From assembly GCA_051530055.1 (NCBI GenBank), contig CM121343.1, positions 6,914,389 to 6,978,388 on the forward strand: a stretch of 64,000 nt of DNA, given 5' to 3'. Position 1 is the stretch's first letter, and every line of letters begins with the position of its first letter. The DNA is from Neoechinorhynchus agilis (Eukaryota > Animalia > Acanthocephala). Under the pieces are notes generated by a model, which saw only the letters and a program-made list of their open reading frames with translations, had not been told where the DNA came from and searched no databases. This document shows, piece after piece, positions 32,803-46,539 of this stretch. Made by a program: the position numbers and the translations under genes.

Positions 32803-35800
32803 ATGATCAGAAGTTCCGACGTTCACGGTGACCTGAATCCACTGACTACATTCCATCGTCGCCATCAATCTAACTTAAAAAGTGATGGACGCCGGTGGTC
32901 TCTAAGGGGCAATATACGAAGCTTCTACCACCAGAACAACGTCGGCGTGGTTTCACCACCAGTACCCGTTTTACAAGTGCAGAAATCAACAATTGTCCGC
33001 CGTCTTCAGGACTGTGCCCACTTCCATTACGATCCGACAAGTGCTCCGGTTGACAGCCTCGCGAGGTTTGAAGCGAAACTGCTTGCAAACGGAAATGATG
33101 CCCGTCAAAAGTACAGAAGTTGTAACCATAGGATTCTAGTTTCGAACGGGCAAAACGAACAGTGGATCGTTGAAAGAACGCTTGACGATTTTAAGTTCCT
33201 TGATGGTTATATACATTCGTGTTGTGTAAATCGTCGTGTTTCAAAGTTGCCAGAAGTAACGATTGCACTTACTTTCAATCCGGATCAATACTTGAGACGA
33301 CTAAGCTTGCTACTTGATGCTAGATTTTGCTGTAGTTCAGTTCTCAATTGGTTTCAGGTGAGTTGAAAACTGTTTTTGATTTTAGAGATGCCGGAATCCT
33401 ATTAAAAGATAGTCAATCTCGCAGTTTTTGGTTGCGAAATTAATCTCTTTTTAAAAGGGACAAACACTAGAGGCTTTGTCTAAAAAGCCCCATTTGACTG
33501 TACTAAATCCGTTACAGAGTTGTTTCCACCTCGTAGATAGACAACAAAGCTAAGCGGGTGGATCCGTCCTGTGACCAATCTCCCGTCAATATACCTGCAA
33601 AAGCGGCTGCAACTGCGGTTAGGTCATTTGCATCAGCTAGTGCGGATGAACTTTCGTTCGAAGCCGGCACTATGATCTCTGTAATCGATATGCCACCTCC
33701 AACTGAAAGTAGGCGACTTCATTGGTCTGTATGTGAGTGGGAATCCAGTTCGTTCTTTATCTAAAATTCCTTATCTTTTATCAAACGATACAGACGGGTG
33801 ATGCCATATATGGTGGCGGGGGAAGAAGGTGAACGATGAAAAAGGTGCCATTGACGTTGGATATTTCCCGAGTGATTGCGTTAAAGTAATCGGTACACAT
33901 AATAGCAGTGTTCAAAGTTCTCCTGCTCAATTAACAACGTCCAGTGTACATTCAGGTATTGGAATGTCCTCCTCTTATTGTAATGTGCAGTTATCTCAAC
34001 AATCGATTCCAAAGTCACGTAAGGTTCTCTAAAGAAACTCCTAATTTAAACGATATTTAGCTGGTCTAAAAGTAAAACACGGGAAGATAATCACTTTTCT
34101 AAGGACGTTCTTTTCAACACGTCCAAGCAGAGTTGCACTTAAACAAGCAGGAATTGTGGAGGAAAGAGTATTTGGATGTGACTTAGGAGAGCATCTCCAT
34201 AACACAGGTTGTGACGGTATGCAATTTAAGTCACGTTTACCGATTTGATTCGAATGTTTTCTACACAGTTCCCAAAGTAGTCGAAGTCTGTTGCGCATTT
34301 ATAGAAAGATATGGAATTGTAGACGGCGTGTATCGTCTTAATGGATCATTTCACAACATTCAAAAACTAAGGTATTTTCACTAACTTAAGAATCTTGCTC
34401 GCTCCGAACATCATAGACAAATGTTCGACGATCACCAATCAAATTGTGTGATCGAATGCTCAGGAAATGACGGATATGGAAGCGATATTTATGCGGTGGG
34501 AAGTGTCCTTAAAATGTACTTCCGCGAATTACCAAATCCATTGCTTACTTATTACCTCTACGATCGATTTATTAATCTTAGTTACTCCCACTCTTCCGCC
34601 AGTGCTAATCCTCACAAGCGCACTAAGTGCATAAACAAAACTGGATTTCTCAAAAGAATCAAAGACCTTGTAAATGAACTACCACCCCCAAATCAACGAA
34701 CTTTGTGCTTTCTAATGAAGCATTTGAACTACTTGGCTACTGAACATTCATGGAAAACAAACATGACGGCCAAAAACCTGGCTATTGTTTGGGCTCCAAA
34801 CCTTCTAAAAGGCCTCAGAGGATCGAACTCACAAGGAGCAAATATAGCTGATGATGAACTTGAATTGATTCAATTAATTGCCTTACTTACCGAACAACTT
34901 ATTGAGCATTGGGACTTTATTTTTAATAGCGAACAAAGTGACGATGACACCAAGTTTCTGAAGAGGTATTCCACTGCCACTGATGAAATAAATGTTCGTT
35001 CGCAAACTCAGCTGAATTTACAGTGTTTATTTTTTAGTTATTACATAGATAAAATTTACTTTAAACGTATTATCCCACGTTGAATTTGTATTCCAGTAGA
35101 ACCTGTAAAACGTGATTCATGTAATTATCATTTTATTGTCTTATTATTTCATTGCTTACCCTTAATCTCGATCACCACTTTTTTCTTTTTATTGCTTTTA
35201 ATCCATTGTACTCATTATGACAGTTCCTAGTGTTCAATTTCCAAAGCTAACTATTTGAATAATTGTACATAATTTTTTTAATTTAAAATGAAAATCACAT
35301 TAACTTCTTAATTTAAACTGCAGAGTTTACGATCGCTAACAGTGCGCGGAGGTGATGAAGACGGATTTATGGTTGCATTGGAAAGGTTGGATGCATTTTT
35401 GGATACTGAGTTTCCACGTCCAAATCAATCGTTCATATCTGATTTGTGCCCTTTGATGAATCGCTTGAGCACTTCGTCTTCGGATTCTTGTAAGAGCTTT
35501 GATGACATAAGACCCAGCCAGCCATTTTCAACGTCTCCACTTGAACGTGTAAAGCATTTAATTTTAGCCGATCGTCAGATTCCGTCAAGTTGCACTGCGG
35601 AATCCAAAAACCAGCATAGATCACCGTACCGGCGATATCCAGTGCAACAAGAGCGCAGGGGAAGCAGGTATTCCCTGCCAAAGTCATCAAGTGTTCAACA
35701 AATCAGTGACTCCACATTTTGTAACGACGAAATCTGTCAACACGCTTTGGAAAAAGGATCAAGCGGTGGAAACGATGAGTCCGATCGGACATTAAGTGTC

Positions 35801-35863
35801 AAGGAGCTTCTTAATCGATTCGAACAACTAAAGGTCGATCAGTCCCGATATCAAGATCGATGA
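32803..35863 (+). CDS. ARHGAP32/33 (RICS/TCGAP/CdGAPr)-like Rho GTPase-activating protein, multi-exon (PX-like, SH3, RhoGAP)
   Basis: VNIPAKAAA..DELSFEAGTMISVIDMPP, WWRGKK..VGYFPSDCVKVI, ERVFGCDLGEHL, FIERYGIVDGVYRL, LKMYFRELPNPLLTY, NMTAKNLAIVWAPNLL; GT-AG introns. Confidence 0.88.
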
Positions 35864-36645
35864 TTTTTCACTTTGGCTTATATGCTATGATATCAAAAAA
35901 CAACTTGTAAATTATACTATGGTCATGTGTGTGAGTGAAATTCAACAAGTCACTTTGAAACATCTTGGGAATTATAATCATTTTGTAAATCGCTCCGGTC
36001 TTTTGGTCAGACTAAAAATTGTTGTGATTTGTGCTTTTGATGTTGAAAAGTCTACAATTTTTGGACATTTCTATAAGTTTCGCCGTACCTGGAAAAATCT
36101 AAGATTTTATTGGTTTAAAAAGGTAACACTCCCGTAATTTTTGGATTAGGTAATGTAACCCAGGAAAATTGCAATTTAGAAATAAGTAAAAATAGTTCGT
36201 TTTAACGAACAAAGGTTTGTCTTTTAAGGAATATAGTAACTGGCACTGTTGTTCTAATTGAATATTTTTGATAGTTGGAAAATTTACAGGCTTTGTTAAG
36301 GTTTTAAACTGTGACTTGTGCCTCCGAAATACGGAAATGCTTGTATTTTTAACAATTACATAATCTGGAATATCCAAAATCGGAAAGTTTTCGATAAATC
36401 GATATTCCTGCCCATCAAATATATCATAGAATTGAAAACTTTATCTTGTAACCTCTTGTCTATGAGACATTTTGAAATGCATTTCACTGAACCGTTGCTT
36501 TAGTATTTTCATACTCGAGCAATTTACGGAACTTGATAATTGTCACAGTAATGCCTATACGGATCCTGTGTGCCATATTTAATTTTGCTTTTTGGTGCCC
36601 TGTGTTAAAGATCTAATTTACAAACTTAAAATCACATATTTTTGT

Positions 36646-36875
36646 CTTTCTTTTAGTAGTTTTGCCACCCTGTCGGATTTAGATTCACTGATTTATTTCC
36701 TGCGATATTTCACCTGTCGGATAATTCCGACATTATCAAGGTTTGTCATTCCTTGTAAGTTTTAAATATGTGACAAGCCATGACAAACCTTCATAATGTC
36801 GGAATTATCCAACGAAATTTCGGGGAAATAAATTAGTGAACTAAAATCCGGAGGGGCAAAACTACTAAAAGAAAG
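36646..36875. mobile_element. MITE-like foldback element, long copy
   Basis: 21-bp perfect TIR CTTTCTTTTAGTAGTTTTGCC/GGCAAAACTACTAAAAGAAAG with long imperfect arms. Confidence 0.8.
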
Positions 36876-37059
36876 TTTTTTCTCCTGAAGATAATAATCA
36901 AAGGCATATTTTTGTGTTTATATTCATATTTGTTTGAAGATTGAACTATTCATGCTTGTTTATAGCGAAAAAATTAAAGGATTTTATTAAATCCGATATT
37001 TTGGCACAATCTTATGCCTTTATCAATGCTGTTACCTCTCTCTCGTCGTCGGCCGTCAT

Positions 37060-37292
37060 CCTTCGGATCCGTCATCTACCGGACCCGTTCTCCACTCCAA
37101 TTCCGGATCCGTCATTCACTCCAAATCCCGGATCCATCATCCACTCCAAATTCCGGATCCGTCATCTACACTCCGACTCCGTTCTCCGCCCTGAATTCTG
37201 GATCCGTCATTTACATTCCAACTCCGTCATACACTCCAGTTTCGGATCCGTCTTTCATCCACTCCGATTTCCGACTCCGTCATCCACTCCAA
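37060..37292. repeat. GC-richer minisatellite (~24-26 bp, CCGGATCCGTCATCCACTCCAAATT-like, ~8-9 degenerate units)
   Basis: Recurrent GGATCCGTCAT / CACTCC. Confidence 0.85.
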
Positions 37293-38151
37293 AGTGGACA
37301 ATCACATTAATTTATTACATTTTCGGTGAGAATATCGAGTGTTCATTAGTTCAGGTGTTCACGAGGACCCAGAGGTACTTGGTTCCTCTTCTTTAACAAA
37401 ATAAAACGTGTGATTAAAGTGTTTAATCCGCACTTGAACGGCACTTCTTTAGCTATGATTTTTTTAAATTTTATCGAGTGAAATGTATCGATTTGTGAGT
37501 GAAGAAATTGATAATTATTGGCGTTCATTTCTTGATAGATGCATCCAAAGCGAGTGAGAATTGAAAATAAGGATGCACGCGAACGAAGTGATGAATAATA
37601 ACCCTCGAATACGCTTAGACGATCAGGTCATGAGTAGATGACTCACTAAACTCCATGTTAAACATTAAATATAAGCATACGCTGTCAAAATGAGTACATA
37701 CTTGGTAGCAAAAGCACACATTTTAGCCTAAATCCTTTAGATCGTTCACAAAGAATCATGAATTGGCCATTTTTGATGTAGAGCATCTTGCTTGGGTCAT
37801 AACACAAAAATTGATCAACTCACAAAGGTTAAAAATAGATGAATTTCCTATTTGTACTTTGGAGCTCATTCAGCTATCCAAGCGTTACTCGAGCTAAAAT
37901 ACTTTAAAAAATTATTTACGAAACCTGTTTTGTGCCCTTCAATGATGTTGTCTACAGCTACTTTTTGCTGAAGCGCAATTGTGGTTTTTGTTCGACCAGT
38001 GAACATTCAAATCGTCATTAACTCAATTATTTAATACCGCAGAAGCGATTTGTCTACCTTTTGTTGAATGGAGCTGCTTTTCCGGTGCATTTGATGTATT
38101 TTAGAGTGCCAAACCGCGCATGATTGATCACAGGATTTTCAGATTTAAAAT

Positions 38152-39952
38152 ATGGCGACCTATTTTCGCCTTGAGTCGATACCAAATGACCAGAGGTTAA
38201 TGTGTATTGCCATTTGAATGCATCGAAATTAAACATTTACAAATTTTACTGCTTTTTCAGGACGATTTCCAATGATTTGATCAATAAATTTCGTTCAACG
38301 TTCGAGGATATGTCGCCTGAATACTACGCATCCGCTCCCGGACGAGTTAATTTGATAGGTTAAACTCATTAAGGAGTATTCAAAAAAGATTATCCAATCT
38401 TAGGTGAACATATTGATTATTGTGGATATTCGGTTCTACCGATGGCTATTGAAAAGCGGATCTATGCAGTTGGATGCAAATCAACCGATAAAGCGAGCTC
38501 AATACGAAACACAAATCCAAACTTTGAGTATGTCGACCTTGAGCGCATGTTGTCGCATCATATCTTTGATTAGCACTAAAAACTTTACATTATCCAATCT
38601 CGACATTACCAAAGAAGAGCACGGATGGCACAAATACGTGATGTGTGGTATCGAAACCGTTAAGCAGAGCTTCCCCGATGTTCAACTTGCTGGTAATGTG
38701 AAATTTAAAATTTAATTTCATGAACTTGGGACGTATAGAAATGAATGTGTTATTCCATGGAGACATCCCACTCGGTTGTGGACTATCAAGCTCTAGCGCA
38801 CTTGTAGTTTGCGGAGCTTTGATTACTCTCGCAATAAACGAGTTGACAATTGAAAAGGTTAGTTTCTTACAAAAAAAGAATATTTACTGGAAGACCGATA
38901 TTTCAAGGCGCAACTTGCGGATATGTGCGCCAAGTGTGAGAAGTTCGTCGGTACTCAAGGAGGAGGGATGGATCAAGCGATTTCATGCCTAGCGAACGAA
39001 GGAGAAGTAAAGATGATTCAAGTGAATTTCGACGTTTAACGTCAACATTCAGGCCAGTTTTATATCTTTTAATCCTTTGCGGGTTCAAAGCGTCAAACTT
39101 CCATCGAATGCTGTATTTGTGATCGCGAATTCGTGTACCGCATGCCATAAAGCAGCGACGAATCAATTCAATAAACGAGTGGCGGAATGCAGACTGGCAA
39201 GCAAGGTAAAAAAGTTAAAGACGGTTTTACGCATTGAAACATTCGGTGTAGATGCTTGCGAAGTTTTTGAGTGTTACGGATGACGAATTGAAGAATATAA
39301 TAAAGCCAATCGATGTCGAAAAACATTATACAGAATATACAAGAGATGAACTTTTAACAAAAGTTAAAGAAAACCTTAAACCGGATTCGTATAGCCGAGA
39401 TAATGTTATGAGCATGCTTGGGATAAATGAAAGCGAGCTTATTTCAATCCTTCCCGAAAACGCAGCTTCAGGTCAGATAAAGAATTAACTTGATAATTTC
39501 TCAAGTTTAAACACACAGTTGAATGTTTCCAACTTAGAAACCGGCTAATTCACGTATGGGAAGAAGCAAGTAGAGTTGAACGATTTAGAGATATATGCAC
39601 AGGTAAAGAAGCATCGATTCACGATTTGGGCAAGCTGATGGATCAAAGTCACGAAAGTTGTTCTAAATTATATGAGTGCAGTTCAGATGGACTCGATAGC
39701 TTAGTCGCAATATGCAAGTAATATAGTTTTTTTTGAAATCCATATGACAAGATTTACCTTAGGCAGGCGGGAGCGCTTGGATCGCGTTTAACTGGAGCAG
39801 GTTGGGGAGGATGCAACGTATCGATTCTCAAATCTGAACAAACAATACCTTTCCTTGAAGTTGTTAAGAACAAATTCTACAATAATGAGGTGCAACAAGA
39901 TAATCTCCTTGTGACCATACCAAGTCGCGGGGCGATGATGGCTAAACTCTAA
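38152..39952 (+). CDS. GALK2: Galactokinase-family N-acetylgalactosamine kinase, 9 exons reconstructed in frame
   Basis: APGRVNLIG|[83 protein letters not shown]. Introns e.g. 38196-38260 and 38359-38403. Confidence 0.9.
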
Positions 39953-41057
39953 AGCAGAAGCAAGTAAATCTTCGAAGAACCATTCAAGATTATTGCATGA
40001 ATTGCTGAAAAAATCAATTTCAGTTTTATATTCATAATAAAATTTACCGGATCCAAGTCATCAAGAACCCAAATATCTCAGTACTTTCCATGGATTACCT
40101 GTTCTGCATACGGAATCCATCTTTGGGATTGACTACGGCTGCCCGTGGGTTTATGTTTTCTTAGCAATCATCTATTGTCTTTAAACCAGAGAATTTGTAT
40201 AAGTAACAGACCGAGAACAGTACTGTAGAACAGCTAATATAAAAGAGTTGAGGAACAGCTTCTTTGAAAGCAAAACTTTGCTAAAGAATCGATTGCTTTT
40301 AGGAAGTAGTGTCGCACGTGGGTACCAAATGGGTGATACCGCGGCAATCTATGCGAAAAAGTTCCTTTATCGCCATTTAAATTAAATGCAGACGTTGTTG
40401 CGTTTCCTCTGGGAAATTGAGAATAAATGGCTGAGGTGTAATCTACAATTGTCTGATTTATGGTAAATTAAGAAAATAGTATAGAGGTGAGTTCAAACAC
40501 CCGTTTGGTTTCAATGTCTTAACTGGCGAATTTCGAAGAAACCCAGAATTTGGATTTGAAATCACTAAAAATAAACCGCATTAATTGAGTGCAATTCAAA
40601 ATTTATGGAAAATCAAGAAAAAAAATTAGAAAACAATTTATTTCATACAATGAAAAATCTATTTGTTGTTGTTTTTGCTTCCAAACTACTGTTTGTATAT
40701 TTACATGCAGTATTGTCTACCATCGATCGGATTTGTGTATGAACCAATAAATATAGTTTTTCTTGTACTTAAGATTAACTAGCACTGATTAGTTAAACAA
40801 AATCTTCAGTACCTTAAAGTGACTTTTGTTGGCATCAATCGGTCCTTTGAAAAGATTGGTGTTTGAAAAACTGAACTGAGAACTATATTCTGACGCATTT
40901 TTCATCTGACTTTGTTTGGGAAATAAAGTTAAGAGAAAATAAACTTTCCTAAACATTAATAGATCACTAAATACAGTCTTCAATAATTATAGTTGATTGA
41001 TACGGCTAGGGATACTAATTGTGCCCTTTTTAGAAATTCGATGGAAAATGTTATAAT

Positions 41058-41270
41058 TTGTTTTATGTGGCGAAGAAAAATTGAAATGATTTTTGGATTT
41101 TAAAATCCGATTGGTTTCGGAGGCGCACAATCCTGTACGCCCTTTGATCAAGGTTTTTGTTTGTAAGTTTTGAAGCTTGATCAAAAGCCGTAAAAGATTG
41201 TGTCCCTCCGAAACCAACCGGATTTTAAATTCCAAAAATCATTTCAATTTTTCTTCGCCACATAAAACAA
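41058..41270. repeat. Foldback / MITE-like inverted repeat (~95-bp arms)
   Basis: TTGTTTTATGTGGCGAAGAAAAATTGAAATGATTTTTGGA... vs ...TCCAAAAATCATTTCAATTTTTCTTCGCCACATAAAACAA. Confidence 0.85.
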
Positions 41271-42308
41271 CAGTTATAATTTGGGTTAGAATCATCTGTA
41301 GATCACGCAATATCACGTCCTTCATTTTTCCCTCAATTTGCATTGAACCTTTTCGTAAGGAAAAGATGACTAACAATCGGAAAACACGAGTGCTTTCAAC
41401 TATGTTGCAATACCGCAAACTTCGCATATAGAAAATGAATTAGTCGTGTCGAAATCTTGATTATCCCATGTCGCATCGAACGCCTGTTCAAATTCGAAAT
41501 TACCTGCTATCATAATTGACTTGAGAAATGAGGGCGTTTTTGGGTACCCTTTTGAAAGGACACAATAGATATTTGGTTTGAAGACCTGGAATCTTAAGCG
41601 TGACGCGTACAAATTGGTCGCTATAAGTCTCATTTATACCTAAAATTAAAGACGAATTAATCTTTAAGAATGAATACTCACTGTGATTGCAAAACCGCGA
41701 ACAGGCTACGACCTTATCGTACGGAGGAGGTTCATCTTCTAACGTTGACTTTGTTCTACGCTGTTTACAATTGTCAGTTGGTGGCAGATTACTCATTTGA
41801 AACGATGAGTACTTTTATTTCCAATAATGCCCGGTGGCTGAACAGGACGAGACGGATGTTGATGAAACCGTGAAAGGATGGACGAAGAGTTCGGACGTTG
41901 ACCCACAAGAGTGCACGCAATGGGTTTCCAGCAGTAGCAGCAGCAGCACACTTGTGGCTGTATTGACGCCTAGTTGCGAAACGTTATCTGTCGTGCGTCA
42001 AGTGGAACGGCGGCACTTGTGCAATCTATAAAACACACAAGCAGTCCAACCGGACGGTATTGCCGGATCCTTACGGTTTTGCACCACTCAAAAACGATGG
42101 GTCTGTTAAACCCAAAAGATAATCTCGCTGAAAAAATTCGAATTGCACTTATTTGCGACGAATTCCATATAACTGATCCCCTCAAACCGCTAATAAAAAG
42201 ATATGCCCGGTTATACTGATAAAGATCGTCTTTTGATGATAAAATCTGACGATGAGGGAGATTAAGGCATAAAAAAATCAGTTTTCCGAATTCGGGTTAA
42301 TCATAGGA

Positions 42309-44825
42309 GGAAACCTTCACTTTGTTGGCACGAACGATTAAGGTGAAAACTTATACTTTTAAAAACTTTTCTAATGCTTTTTAGAAGTGAAAATCCCATT
42401 TTCTCAAAAAAATAGCATAATTACGAGATGTTCATCAAAGGAAACTCTCACTTTGTTGGCACGAGTTATTGAGATAAAATCACAAAATTCTGTTGCCCTT
42501 TTAAATTGAAGTTTAACCTATAAATAGGGCAGAATTAATGCGAAAAGCTTACGAATGAACCGTATATTTCTGTCGACATGAGGGATTAAGGTGAAAACTT
42601 ATACTTTTAAAAACTTTTCTAATGCTTTTTAGAAGTGAAAATCCCATTTTCCTCAAAAAATAGCACAATTACGAGATGTTCATCAAAGGAAACTCTCACT
42701 TTGTTGGCACGAGCGATTGAGATAAAATCACAAAATTCTGTTGCCCTTTTAAATTGAAGTTTAACCTAGAAATAGGGCAGAATTAATGCGAAAAGCTTAC
42801 GAATGAACCGTATATTTCTGTCGCCATGAGGGATTAAGGTGAAAACTTATACTTTTAAAAACTTTCTAATGCTTTTTAGAAGTGAAAATCCCATTTTCCT
42901 CAAAAAATAGCATAATTACGAGATGTTCATCAAAGGAAACTCTCACTTTGTTGGCACGAGTGATTGAGATAAAATCACAAAATTCTGTTGCCCTTTTAAA
43001 TTGAAGTTTAACCTAGAAATAGGGCAGAATTAATGCGAAAAGCTTACGAATGAACCGTATATTTCTGTCGACGAGGGATTAAGGTGAAAACTTATACTTT
43101 TAAAAACTTTCTAATGCCTTTTAGAAGTGAAAATCCCATTTTCCTCAAAAATAGCACAATTACGAGATGTTCATCAAAGAAACTCTACTTTGTTGGACGA
43201 GATAAAATCACAAAATTCTGTTGCCCTTTTAAATTGAAGTTTAACCTAGAAATAGGGCAGAATTAATGCGAAAAGCTTACGAATGAACCGTATATTTCTG
43301 TCGACATGAGGGATTAAGGTGAAAACTTATACTTTTAAATACTTTTCTAATGCCTTTTAGAAGTGAAAATCCCATTTTTCTCAAAAATAAGCATAATTAC
43401 GAGATGTTCATCAAAGGAAACTCTCACTTTGTTGGCACGAGCGATTGAGATAAAATCACAAAATTCTGTTGCCCTTTTAAATTGAAGTTTAACCTAGAAA
43501 TAGGGCAGAATTAATGCGAAAAGCTTACGAATGAACCGTATATTTCTGTCGCCATGAGGGATTAAGGTGAAAACTTATACTTTTAAAAACTTTTCTAATG
43601 CTTTTTAGAAGTGAAAATCCCATTTTCCTCAAAAAATAGCATAATTACGAGATGTTCATCAAAGGAAACTCTCACTTTGTTGGCACGAGGATTGAGATAA
43701 AATCACAAAATTCTGTTGCCCTTTTAAATTGAAGTTTAACCTAGAAATAGGGCAGAATTAATGCGAAAAGCTTACGAATGAACCGTATATTTCTGTCGAC
43801 GAGGGATTAAGGTGAAAACTTATACTTTTAAAAACTTTTCTAATGCCTTTTAGAAGTGAAAATCCCATTTTCCTCAAAAAATAGCACAATTACGAGATGT
43901 TCATCAAAGGAAACTCTCACTTTGTTGGCACGAGCGATTGAGATAAAATCACAAAATTCTGTTGCCCTTTTAAATTGAAGTTTAACCTAGAAATAGGGCA
44001 GAATTAATGCGAAAAGCTTACGAATGAACCGTATATTTCTGTCGCCATGAGGGATTAAGGTGAAAACTTATACTTTTAAAAACTTTTCTAATGCTTTTTA
44101 GAAGTGAAAATCCCATTTTCCTCAAAAAATAGCATAATTACGAGATGTTCATCAAAGGAAACTCTCACTTTGTTGGCACGAGCGATTGAGATAAAATCAC
44201 AAAATTCTGTTGCCCTTTTAAATTGAAGTTTAACCTAGAAATAGGGCAGAATTAATGCGAAAAGTTACGAATGAACCGTATATTTCTGTCGACATGAGGG
44301 ATTAAGGTGAAAACTTATACTTTTAAAAACTTTTCTAATGCCTTTTAGAAGTGAAAATCCCATTTTCCTCAAAAAAAAGCATAATTACGAGATGTTCATC
44401 AAAGGAAACTCTCACTTTGTTGGCACGAGCGATTGAGATAAAATCACAAAATTCTGTTGCCCTTTTAAATTGAAGTTTAACCTAGAAATAGGGCAGAATT
44501 AATGCGAAAAGCTTACGAATGAACCGTATATTTCTGTCGCCATGAGGGATTAAGGTGAAAACTTATACTTTTAAAAACTTTTCTAATGCTTTTTAGAAGT
44601 GAAAATCCCATTTTCTCAAAAAATAGCATAATTACGAGATGTTCATCAAAGGAAACTCTCACTTTGTTGGCACGAGGATTGAGATAAAATCACAAAATTC
44701 TGTTGCCCTTTTAAATTGAAGTTTAACCTAGAAATAGGGCAGAATTAATGCGAAAAGTTACGAATGGACCTTATATTTCTGTCGCCATGAGGGATTAAGG
44801 TGAAAACTTATACTTTTAAAAACTT
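42309..44825. repeat. ~246-bp satellite, 10 units plus partials
   Basis: GATTAAGGTGAAAAC recurs at ~42337, 42584, 42833, 43077, 43313, 43560, 43806, 44053, 44300, 44548, 44794. Confidence 0.97.
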
Positions 44826-45082
44826 CTGAGCACAAGTGCGGGATGTATAAGAATTTACAATCTCATTTTATAAACGCGAACGATTGTTCCAATTTATGAT
44901 AAAATTTCATATTTTAAAGTCGTAAAATCGCAAGATTTTTTTAAATTACATAATTATTTAGAAATAAAGTTAAAGAATAGAATTATTATTTAGGTCTACA
45001 TCAGGAAATATAGATCTCTAAAACCCGATTCATCACTTTTATAAGTGAATTTTCAAAGCTAACCTCGTCCGCCGATAACGTT

Positions 45083-45325
45083 TTCTTAAAGACGTTTCGA
45101 ACCTCGTCGGATTCATCGATGGAATTGTTGATTAGAAGTCTACACCCGCGGTAAATGAGTATTTATTAAAGACGTTTCGAACTTCGTCGTGTTCATCTTA
45201 CTCATCCACTTATGAAGCCGACGAGGTTCGAAACTTTTTTAATTAAAATAATTATTTCGACCGAGGGTGTAGACTTCTAAACAATGATTCCAATCACATT
45301 TCCAGGTACCTCACAGATCGACAAA
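45083..45325. mobile_element. Cluster of the hammerhead-bearing short repeat: two tandem minus copies + one plus copy, head-to-head (cores truncated)
   Basis: GACGAGGTTCGAAACGTCTTTAA...CGCGGGTGTAGACTTCTAA shared with 7295-7400; all three copies lack the CTGA of the core. Confidence 0.7.
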
Positions 45326-46539
45326 GTTAAAGGATATTTCAGATAATTGGTTTGGCGTATGCTAATGTCAATGGAAATCCGTTAAGTATTTATAATTACA
45401 ATGTTGTTTTTGATGAAGACTGAAATTTCGGTGGCTTAGTAAATGTAAGATATTATAGACAAATAGTGTTGGGAACGTCGCCATATGACAAATTTAGAGT
45501 TATTTGCTTCAGTTGCGGGTGTTGATAAGATCGCTCAAATGGTAGAACCTGCAGCGATAAAAGCCACATTATGTCAGAACCAATTGCTAGCTGGAACTTT
45601 TTAATGTTGGCTTTAACTTTATTTCACTCAATCAGTTTTGAAGAATCAGTGACGAAAAAACAATCGATTTCACTGAGATAATTTCTAAATGATACGAACG
45701 TCCGAGTAAAGGTAGGCTTTCCTGGTTTTTTTTAGGATAACATCAAACAGAAATTCCAATGGAGTGGACCTATCAACTATTAGAGACGGAATGGAAACAA
45801 TTCTCTCGTTGTCAACGTCTACTCTCTCAACAAATCAATGAACAGTGAGCAAGAATCGGACAAGTATTCTACTCTTATTGATGTTGCACTAAAGAAATGC
45901 TTTGAACGAGTTACTGAAAATCTAAAGAACTCATTAATTGAAGCATTGAACGCAGTTAAGGATATATTGGCGGAGGCTATTCAGTGCGAAGTGGAAGCTA
46001 TTTAAAAGTGAACAGTTGATCGGTGTCAAAAAGGGCAAAGGGAAAGAACTAAAGGCTCGAAGAGGCAGGCGAAGATGAATTCTAAGAAGCAGGCTAAAGG
46101 TTTACTGAAATCGGATAGTGAAACTACCACAAAGGAGAATAATGTTTTGGTAGATGCCATCAATATGGCAAACTCAAACGACGATTTGCTGGAAATGAAT
46201 GGTGTTCTAAAGAATGCGAATATTTTGACTTTTACTAGGGACTTGGTACCACCCTTAGAGGATATTCAGCCTGTAGTGCTTTATGATTCCAATATTACTG
46301 TGGAGTCTGATATTGTGACTGGGATAAAAGGCGATCCAGCTGAAGTAACTACTAAGAAAGCTACGGTCGAACAAAAGGTCCAGGTAACACCTGAACGAGT
46401 AGTAACAAGAGAAAAAGGAGGAAATCCATCAAAATCAATCAACCCTTTGATTCATTTCGGTAATGATAAGCCTTTTCCACCAGTGCCATCATCCCTCGTT
46501 GCTCTGAATTCGACCCATAGCATCATGCACTCCTCCATT

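Noticed and set aside
36941-37396. 151-aa ORF across the minisatellite
   Set aside because: The open frame is explained by a stop-free repeat; the frame is not preserved unit to unit.
41400-42220. Small membrane protein with CCCCYC and PPPY motifs on the minus strand
   Set aside because: Motifs lie in different frames and I could not build a consistent exon chain.
42309-44825. CRISPR array
   Set aside because: Whole units repeat with no unique spacers; eukaryotic context.
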